From contig CAYNKQ010000003.1 of assembly GCA_964397855.1 (NCBI GenBank), forward strand, positions 14,839 to 78,838: a stretch of 64,000 nucleotides of DNA, written 5' to 3'. The stretch is from an uncultured Candidatus Saccharibacteria bacterium. Lineage in GTDB: Bacteria > Patescibacteriota > Saccharimonadia > Saccharimonadales > UBA7683. This document shows, in pieces, positions 1-6,823 of the stretch (positions are counted from its first letter, which is position 1; every line of letters starts with the position of its first letter). Under the pieces are notes generated by a model. That model searched no databases, was not told the origin of the DNA, and worked only from the letters and a program-made list of their open reading frames with translations. Made by a program: the position numbers and the translations under genes.

Positions 1-362
1 CTGCTGTCAAAGCGTTTGTCGATTATGTTGACACTGTCGGTAGCTGTGACTACCTAATAGGACTTGGTTCCTACAGCGGTGTAGATAATAGGCAGATACG
101 CATAGAACTAAAAGCTACAAGTCAATTTAGAAACGATTCAAAAAATTGCGTGAGTGTACGTTTGAGATACTTTTTTAAGGCAAACATTCACTTTAAGATT
201 GCGCGCGGGATGGGTAATTCGTACTGCAATTTGGTTTCGTATCAGCTTGCGCGTTCGAGTAGTCGGCCCTATACATTTTTGCACGTACCGAAGTCATACA
301 ACTCGGCTGATGCGGCTGCAGCGATTAATGATCAGCTTGAATTACTACGATTGAATACATAA
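1..362 (+). CDS. 3' end of an ORF entering from upstream of the window; product unknown
   Basis: Frame 3 is open from base 3 to the TAA at 360-362. The track ORF 150..362 is only its GTG-initiated tail. No motif recognised. Confidence 0.3.
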   Translation, partial: AVKAFVDYVDTVGSCDYLIGLGSYSGVDNRQIRIELKATSQFRNDSKNCVSVRLRYFFKANIHFKIARGMGNSYCNLVSYQLARSSSRPYTFLHVPKSYNSADAAAAINDQLELLRLNT

Positions 363-491
363 ATTTATACCGTGTACACCAAAAGTGTTCGTACTTACCC
401 CTGGGGATAATTTTAAAAATAGCCCCGCATTGATTTTATTGTTCATCCCGTTATACTAAAGGGCAGACAAGACATAAGCGGAGGAGTAAAC

Positions 492-1790
492 GTGCCAGAA
501 GTAAAACCTGCCGATATTCAAGCATTTGCATCTATTAAGGTAATTGGAGTTGGTGGAGCTGGCGGCTCTGCTGTTAACCGTATGGTTGACGCTGGCCTTA
601 AGGGTGTTCAGTTTACTGCAGTCAATACTGACGCGCAGGCGCTTTACCATTCTCGAGCCACTAATAAGATTCACATAGGAAAAGACACAACACGTGGTCT
701 TGGTGCTGGGGCTGATCCAACCATGGGTCAAAAGGCTGCCGAAGAATCGATCGATGAAATCAAAGAGGCGCTGACTGGCGCTGATATGGTGTTTATCACA
801 CTTGGCGCCGGTGGTGGCACTGGCTCTGGTGCAGCTCATGTTGTTGCAAAATTGGCTCGAGAAATGGAAATCCTTACCGTGGGCGTCGCTACGCGCCCAT
901 TTGCCTTTGAAGGTGAAAAGAGACGTAAAAATGCAGAATTTGCTATTGAAAGCCTCTCAAAGCATGTAGACACGCTTATAACTATTCCTAATGACCGCCT
1001 TCTTCAAACAATCGATAGAAACACGCCACTTCTTGAGGCATTCACTGTGGCTGACGATGTACTCCGACAGGGTGTGCAGGGCATCTCTGATCTTATAACT
1101 GAACACGGCTTGATTAACTTGGACTTTGCTGACGTTAAGTCGGTTATGAGTCAAGCTGGATCAGCTCTTATGGGTATTGGCCATGGAAGTGGCGAAAATC
1201 GTGCAGTTATTGCTGCCCAGCAAGCCATCGAGTCGCCTTTACTTGAAGTTTCGATTGATGGTGCTCGAGGCGTAGTTTTCAACATAACTGGTGGCAATGA
1301 TCTTTCTATGCACGAAGTTAACGAAGCTGCTGAGGTAATTACATCCGCAGTTTCTCCAGATGCTAATATTATATTTGGAGCAACTATTAAACCTGAAATG
1401 CAGGATAAAATTGACATCACAGTTATTGCGACCGGTTTCGACGCTGCATACTTTGCAAAGCGTGGTGCAACTACGAGCACAACTGATGACGAAGATGATG
1501 AGGAAGAGAGTTCGCTCTCAAGTTCACTCGGTGAGGTTGAAGGAGAAGTCGAAACAATCAACATGGATGAAGATACAAGCACCTCTACCGGTGCATCTAC
1601 TACAAATAACGACACAGATTCTTCTGAGGCAGAAACGCCATTCCATAAAAGTGACGATGTACCAAGTTCAAACATCTGGGCAAGTGATGACGACGATAAG
1701 TCTGAATCCGAAGAACACGATGTTCCCGCTTTTCTCAGAAGATTCCGCCGTAAAAAAACTACTGATTCAGACCAAAAAGACGAAGAATAG
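492..1790 (+). CDS. ftsZ: Cell division protein FtsZ
   Basis: 432 aa with the tubulin/FtsZ signature [13 protein letters not shown] and [22 protein letters not shown] lies just upstream of the GTG start. Long acidic D/E/S-rich linker and basic C-terminal tail. Confidence 0.95.
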   Translation: MPEVKPADIQAFASIKVIGVGGAGGSAVNRMVDAGLKGVQFTAVNTDAQALYHSRATNKIHIGKDTTRGLGAGADPTMGQKAAEESIDEIKEALTGADMVFITLGAGGGTGSGAAHVVAKLAREMEILTVGVATRPFAFEGEKRRKNAEFAIESLSKHVDTLITIPNDRLLQTIDRNTPLLEAFTVADDVLRQGVQGISDLITEHGLINLDFADVKSVMSQAGSALMGIGHGSGENRAVIAAQQAIESPLLEVSIDGARGVVFNITGGNDLSMHEVNEAAEVITSAVSPDANIIFGATIKPEMQDKIDITVIATGFDAAYFAKRGATTSTTDDEDDEEESSLSSSLGEVEGEVETINMDEDTSTSTGASTTNNDTDSSEAETPFHKSDDVPSSNIWASDDDDKSESEEHDVPAFLRRFRRKKTTDSDQKDEE

Positions 1791-1895
1791 TATTGCAAGT
1801 ACACTAGCATTAGCGTTATACTTGGAACGAAGTACGCTACAGGTGGTGTAAAACCAAGTGTTACTTAGAAAATTAACTAATATGTCGGAGAGTTC

Positions 1896-2357
1896 ATGAA
1901 GTGTCCACAGTGTCAAAGTGCAGATTCAAAAGTAGTAGAGTCACGAGATGTTGCTAGCGGTGAAAGTATTCGTAGACGACGCGAGTGCGAAAGCTGTAGT
2001 GCACGGTTTACAACCTACGAGCGTGTTGAACGACCAAATTTGATCGTTGTAAAAAAAGACAACACACGAGAAGTTTTTGATCGTACAAAAGTCCTCTGTG
2101 GAATTGAAAGAGCTTCGGAAAAAACTTCAATTTCAGCGCCCGAACGCGAAGATATGGTTGCACGTATTGAACGCAAGCTGTACGATTTAGGTAAGCCAGA
2201 AGTGAGGGCTGGAGACGTTGGAGAGCTGGTTATGGACGAACTAGCGAAAGCTGATGAAGTAGCTTATGTGCGCTTTGCAAGTGTGTATAGACGCTTCACA
2301 AGCATTAAGAGTTTTGAAGAGGGCTTAAGTGCACTTAAAGCTCGAAAAGACCAATAG
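1896..2357 (+). CDS. nrdR: Transcriptional repressor NrdR
   Basis: 153 aa. N-terminal zinc ribbon (CPQC...CESC) followed by an ATP-cone-like region. Located directly upstream of a ribonucleotide reductase gene. Confidence 0.94.
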   Translation: MKCPQCQSADSKVVESRDVASGESIRRRRECESCSARFTTYERVERPNLIVVKKDNTREVFDRTKVLCGIERASEKTSISAPEREDMVARIERKLYDLGKPEVRAGDVGELVMDELAKADEVAYVRFASVYRRFTSIKSFEEGLSALKARKDQ

Positions 2358-2535
2358 GGCAGTGTTAGTTATTGCCGTGTGCTTTTAACAAAAGACAGAA
2401 TTCTAAGAACTAAGATTTTTCATCTGTCGAAGACACGCGGGAGTGACTAGGTGGAGGGCATTCTTGCTCGCTGACGCTCTAACAAAAACCATATAAAACA
2501 AATTAAAAAAGAGGGAAACTAAGGAGGGGGTTGTT

Positions 2536-5328
2536 ATGGCACAAGCTACAGTGCTGGATATTCGACGTTACTTTACTAAAAAAGGTACAGACGCGTACGA
2601 AGAGTTCGAGTGGGTGAATCGGGATTCAAAAATTGATAATCCGATAACAGGAAAAGTTGCTTTTGAGCAAAAAGCAGTGGAATTTCCAGACACGTGGAGT
2701 CTTAACGCCATTAATATCGTAAGCCAGAAGTATTTTTGTGGTACTCCGGGCACAGCTGAGCGTGAATCAAGTCTTAAAACGCTTATCAACCGCGTTGCCG
2801 ACACTATTACTCGACATGGTGACCAAGAAGGTTACTTTGCCAGCAAAGATGAGGCTATTACATTCAACCAAGAGCTAAAGTATATTCTTGCTTCTCAGCG
2901 AGCAGCTTTTAACTCTCCGGTATGGTTCAACATTGGTGCGGCTTCTCGGTCGCAACAAGCGAGTGCTTGTTTTATTCTTGCAGTAGAAGACACAATGCCT
3001 TCAATTTTAAACTGGTATAAAGAAGAAGGAATGGTGTTTAAAGGTGGATCAGGCTCTGGTCTTAATATCAGCACAATTCGTTCAAGTTACGAAACTCTTG
3101 GCAAGAGTGCCGGTACCGCTTCTGGCCCACTTAGCTTTATGCGCGGTGCAGATAGCTCTGCTGGCGCAATTAAATCTGGTGGCAAAACTCGTCGTGCAGC
3201 CAAGATGGTTATTATGAATGTTAACCACCCTGACATTGAGGAGTTCATTTGGTGTAAGGCGATCGAAGAACGGAAAGCCCGCGTACTGCAAGAAGCTGGC
3301 TTTGATATGAGCCTTGATGGTAAAGATATCTTTAGTGTTCAATACCAAAATGCCAATAACTCTGTACGTGTCGATGACGCCTTTATGCGCGCAGTTGAAA
3401 AGAATGAAGACTACCAGCTAGTTGGTGTGACCGACGGCAAAGTTTACAAAACTATCAAGGCTCGGGATCTTTGGAGACAGATTGCCGAGAGTGCATGGGA
3501 ATGTGCGGATCCAGGATTACAGTTTGATACAACCATCAATCACTGGCACACATCACCTAACGCCGGCCGAATTAACGGTTCTAACCCATGTTCTGAGTAT
3601 ATGCACCTCGATAACTCCGCATGTAATCTTGCTTCAATCAACCTACTGAAATTTTTGAACGAAGACGGTACTTTTGATGTAGAAGCGTACAAGCATTCTA
3701 TTCAAGTTATCTTCACTGCTCAGGAAATTCTCGTTGGTTATTCGGAATATCCAACAGAAAGTATCACTAAGAACGCTAAAGCGTACCGAGAACTCGGTAT
3801 TGGCTACGCAAACCTTGGTGCAATGCTTATGGCTCAAGGTCTTCCGTATGATTCTGACGAAGGTCGCGCACAAGCAGCGGCTATCACTGCTGTACTTACT
3901 GGTCACTCGTACGCAACTTCAGCGCGGCTTGCAAAACAGGTTGGACCATTCGCTGGATTCAATAAAGATCGCGAAGGTATGATGAAGGTGCTTTCTCAGC
4001 ATCGTGATGCGGTTAGGGATATCGACGCTAGGCTTGTTGCTGAAGACCTGCTTTCTGCAGCTGCGGAATGTTGGGACGAAGCAGTTGAGCTGAGTGATCG
4101 CTACGGTGTAAGAAACTCTCAGGCATCAGTTCTTGCTCCAACAGGTACGATCGGCTTTATGATGGACTGTGATACTACCGGTATTGAGCCTGACTTTAGC
4201 CTTACTAAGTACAAAAAACTTGTTGGCGGTGGGAACATGGTGATCGTTAACCAAACGGTACCACGCGCGCTTCGAACTATGGGCTATACCCAAAACCAGA
4301 TCGAAGACATTGTGAAATACATTCACGAAAACAGCGGTGTTGTTGGTGCGCCCCACCTTAAAAACCAAGATTATGCAGTATTTGCTTGTGCGGTAGGTGA
4401 CAACTCAATTCACTACAATGGTCACGTAAAGATGATGGGTGCAGTACAACCGTTTATTTCTGGGGCAATTAGTAAAACGGTTAACATGCCAGTTGAATCT
4501 ACAGTTGAAGATATTGAAGAGCTCCACATGCTTTCATGGAAGCTTGGACTCAAGGCGGTTGCAATTTATCGCGACGGCTCGAAAGTCGCACAGCCACTTT
4601 CTTCTAAGAAAGATGAAGAAAAGAGTGAAGACGCACTTGATGCACACACGCCACAAACCGCAGAGCAGGTGACTGAGCAGCTTGTTGCACTGCAACCGCA
4701 TGCGCGACGAGAACTGCCTCGTAACCGCCAGGCACGTACCTTTGAGTTCAAAGTGGCAGACAGTAAGGGCTTTGTGACAGTTGGTGAGTACGATGACGGC
4801 AAGCCCGGGGAGATGTTCCTGAGAATCGCTAAGCAAGGGTCTACCCTGGCTGGCATTATGGATGCGTTTGCGATATCTGTGAGTCATGGCTTGCAGTACG
4901 GCGTGCCGCTTAAGAGTTACGTGAAAGCGTTTATCAATATGTCATTTGCGCCCGCCGGGATGACAGATGACGTCGAGATTCAGACTGCTTCAAGTTTGGT
5001 AGATTATATCTTCCGACGTCTCGCAAAAGAGTACTTGAGTCTTGATGATCAATTGGAACTTGGACTCACGAGTCTCAAAGAATTTGAAGCGGCGGCTCTA
5101 AACAACCAAACAAGTTTGCTCGAAGCCGAAGAGCAGCCTGTATTAACAGTGCCTGCTAATGTTCGTCAGGAACCTGTAGCTACGCAAGCAAGTAGTGTGC
5201 CTACTTCAAGCGTTTCTGCTGGTGGTGGCGAAACAGCACCACTGTGCTACAGCTGTGGTAATCAAACTCAGCGAGCTGGAAGTTGTTATGTATGCACTTC
5301 TTGCGGTACAACGAGTGGTTGTAGTTAG
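2536..5328 (+). CDS. nrdJ: Ribonucleotide reductase, class II (adenosylcobalamin-dependent) type
   Basis: 930 aa. Contains NPCSEY active-site-like motif, TGIEPDF, and the Cys-rich C-terminal tail CYSCGN..CYVCTSCG typical of monomeric class II RNRs. AAGGAGG RBS upstream. Confidence 0.9.
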   Translation: MAQATVLDIRRYFTKKGTDAYEEFEWVNRDSKIDNPITGKVAFEQKAVEFPDTWSLNAINIVSQKYFCGTPGTAERESSLKTLINRVADTITRHGDQEGYFASKDEAITFNQELKYILASQRAAFNSPVWFNIGAASRSQQASACFILAVEDTMPSILNWYKEEGMVFKGGSGSGLNISTIRSSYETLGKSAGTASGPLSFMRGADSSAGAIKSGGKTRRAAKMVIMNVNHPDIEEFIWCKAIEERKARVLQEAGFDMSLDGKDIFSVQYQNANNSVRVDDAFMRAVEKNEDYQLVGVTDGKVYKTIKARDLWRQIAESAWECADPGLQFDTTINHWHTSPNAGRINGSNPCSEYMHLDNSACNLASINLLKFLNEDGTFDVEAYKHSIQVIFTAQEILVGYSEYPTESITKNAKAYRELGIGYANLGAMLMAQGLPYDSDEGRAQAAAITAVLTGHSYATSARLAKQVGPFAGFNKDREGMMKVLSQHRDAVRDIDARLVAEDLLSAAAECWDEAVELSDRYGVRNSQASVLAPTGTIGFMMDCDTTGIEPDFSLTKYKKLVGGGNMVIVNQTVPRALRTMGYTQNQIEDIVKYIHENSGVVGAPHLKNQDYAVFACAVGDNSIHYNGHVKMMGAVQPFISGAISKTVNMPVESTVEDIEELHMLSWKLGLKAVAIYRDGSKVAQPLSSKKDEEKSEDALDAHTPQTAEQVTEQLVALQPHARRELPRNRQARTFEFKVADSKGFVTVGEYDDGKPGEMFLRIAKQGSTLAGIMDAFAISVSHGLQYGVPLKSYVKAFINMSFAPAGMTDDVEIQTASSLVDYIFRRLAKEYLSLDDQLELGLTSLKEFEAAALNNQTSLLEAEEQPVLTVPANVRQEPVATQASSVPTSSVSAGGGETAPLCYSCGNQTQRAGSCYVCTSCGTTSGCS

Positions 5329-5369
5329 ATCTTAGTTCTTAGAGCTTAGATCTTAGATCTTAGAGAAAA

Positions 5370-5392
5370 CGAGTCGGAAGACTCGTTTTTTT
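5370..5392 (+). terminator. Rho-independent terminator after nrdJ
   Basis: CGAGTC-GGAA-GACTCG stem-loop (5370-5385) followed by a T7 run (5386-5392). Confidence 0.75.
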
Positions 5393-5509
5393 GTTCTCTG
5401 TGGTTTGTCGCTCACGGCTCGGTTGGGAGTTTAGTGATTGTGGTCGCGGGGTGACTTAACTCTTCCAAGAGCTAAGATCTGCGACCTCCTTCTGGTATAC
5501 TAGAATGTA

Positions 5510-5773
5510 ATGAAAGCGGTTATTCTTTACAAACCAAACACTGAGCTTGAAAGCTCTGTTAACGAATATGTTCGAGAATTTCACCGGCAGACGAATAGAG
5601 ATATTGAATTGATTGATGCGGACAGTATTCAGGGTATTGAGACAGCCAAGCTTTACGATATTATGCAATTTCCCGCAGTACTCGTGTTTCGTAACGATGG
5701 TCAATTCATTCAGTCATGGATAGATCGTGAAAAATGGCCAACAATCTCAGAACTTAGTTTTTATAATCAATAA
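5510..5773 (+). CDS. Small hypothetical protein with a possible thioredoxin-like fold and no Cys motif
   Basis: 87-aa ORF with an alternating beta/alpha-like pattern. It has no CxxC, so it is not a canonical NrdH or thioredoxin. Confidence 0.4.
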   Translation: MKAVILYKPNTELESSVNEYVREFHRQTNRDIELIDADSIQGIETAKLYDIMQFPAVLVFRNDGQFIQSWIDREKWPTISELSFYNQ

Positions 5774-6000
5774 AGCATGGTCAGTTCCCTGTCTCCGTCA
5801 TCCTTAACTAGATTCAGGATCCAATCAATAACAATCATCTTCCACACTCCTGCCATCCACCGCCGCGGATCCAGTCATCAAGCATTCAGCTTCCCATCTC
5901 TACGCCCCAAGCTTCTCCAACCCTCCATTTCACCAAACAGAAGACTCCGGTATTCGGGTTTTGGGTGAATGGGTGGGGAAGTTGACTCGTGGGGCGAGGA
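5774..6000. repeat. Dispersed element, copy A (paralogous to 17868-18122)
   Basis: Shares conserved ends with copy B. The 5' end ATGGTCAGTTCCCTGTCTCCGTCATCC matches ATGGTCAATCTCCTGTCTCCATCATCC. The internal CTACGCCCCAAGCTTCTCC matches CCACGCCCCAAGCCTCTTTCC. The 3' end GGGTGAATGGGTGGGGAAGTTGACTCGTGGGGCGAGG matches GGTTGAATGGGTGGGGAAGCTGACTTGCGGGGCGAAGG. Confidence 0.65.
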
Positions 6001-6054
6001 TTACAATAGCTTGCACTTTGATCTGGAATCTACTACTATAAGCACATATCCGTT

Positions 6055-6235
6055 TGAGTGGCTATCACCCACGAGGAAGAGAAAGAACGGCACTTGCTCA
6101 GTAGAATCTCTCGGAATCGGCACGTAAGATCGAACAACTAAGCGCTAGAAGAGTGAGAACCACTTCTTTTGGAAGTCAGATGGTACCATCCTGGAAACGG
6201 GATTCTGACAGACAGAAGAAGTGGTTTTTGTTTAC
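6055..6235 (+). promoter_or_regulatory. T-box-like tRNA-sensing leader upstream of the GNAT-ileS operon
   Basis: The canonical antiterminator architecture is present. Helix A1 is GTCAGA (6175-6180) paired with TCTGAC (6204-6209). The 7-nt bulge is TGGTACC (6181-6187). Helix A2 is ATCC (6188-6191) paired with GGAT (6200-6203). This is enclosed by an 11-bp outer helix (6158-6168 with 6216-6226) followed by a T-run. Upstream lie an AGAGA-rich segment and AGTAGAATC / GGAATC containing AUC (Ile) codons. Confidence 0.65.
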
Positions 6236-6292
6236 TGTTTTTTGTCATCCTGAGCAACGTCGAAGGATCTAGTAACTAAGAGTAAGGTAGCT

Positions 6293-6823
6293 ATGAAAGA
6301 CCAGCCAACACAACAATTCACTATAGAAAAAATGCAACCAGAAGATTTTGTGGCTGCTAACGAAGTGCGTCTTCAATCTTGGCTTGATACGTATGTGAAC
6401 GATCAGTTTGACGTGACCCGCGACTGGGTAGAATCTCGTAACGAAACTCAGCGCAGCTTGAAGGCGGTTGAGCACAGGCGTCAGCTTATGGAGGATGCAG
6501 TATCCGCGCAGTGGGTTGCCAAAGATAGCTCTGGGGTTGTAATTGGCGTCACGGGTCCGTACGTGACAAGTAGCGGCGTACAACGCGTTGGCTCACTGTA
6601 CGTTGATAGAAAGTACCATGGCTGTGGAGTAGGCGCAGCGCTAATACAGAAAGTTATTGACTGGCACGATCCAAGTAAGCCGATTGAAATTTATGTTGTT
6701 AGCTACAACGAAAGAGCAAAAGCCTTTTACAGAAAATGGGGCTTTGAAGAAATTCCAAATTCCGAAAAACTGTTCGCAGATAAGATTCCAGAAATAAGAA
6801 TGATACGAAAGGCACAGATATGA
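6293..6823 (+). CDS. GNAT-family N-acetyltransferase
   Basis: 176 aa with an acetyl-CoA-binding motif A-like segment (VDRKYHGCGVGAALIQ) and a C-terminal AKAFYRKWGFEE. Its stop overlaps the ileS start (ATGA). Confidence 0.8.
   Translation: MKDQPTQQFTIEKMQPEDFVAANEVRLQSWLDTYVNDQFDVTRDWVESRNETQRSLKAVEHRRQLMEDAVSAQWVAKDSSGVVIGVTGPYVTSSGVQRVGSLYVDRKYHGCGVGAALIQKVIDWHDPSKPIEIYVVSYNERAKAFYRKWGFEEIPNSEKLFADKIPEIRMIRKAQI

Noticed and set aside
1151-1810. 219-aa minus-strand ORF and the 163-aa plus-strand ORF 1360..1851 overlapping ftsZ
   Set aside because: Both lie in the repetitive acidic-linker region of ftsZ. They are low-complexity Ser-rich translations, and ftsZ is unambiguous.
1801-1816. Candidate NrdR box ACACTAGCATTAGCGT upstream of nrdR, with a search for boxes upstream of nrdJ
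   Set aside because: It is only a partial palindrome (ACACTA/TAGCGT). There is no convincing second box at the expected spacing and nothing clear in the nrdJ leader. This is too weak to call without a position weight matrix scan.
2358-2535. Cobalamin riboswitch upstream of the B12-dependent RNR
   Set aside because: No B12-box-like sequence was recognised. A B12-off switch would also be illogical for a B12-requiring enzyme.
5777-5968. Plus-strand ORFs 5777..5968 (63 aa) and 17899..18108 (69 aa) inside the dispersed element
   Set aside because: They are Pro/Ser-rich and low-complexity. The two copies do not keep the same plus-strand frame, since copy B has a stop after 12 codons in the frame that copy A uses. 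The minus strand is the more protein-like strand.
6150-6230. Possible SRP (4.5S) RNA, because of a long hairpin with a GGAA-containing loop
   Set aside because: It lacks the conserved GGAAGCAGC / symmetric-loop sequence of SRP helix 8. The UGGUACC bulge with A1/A2 geometry fits a T-box antiterminator much better.
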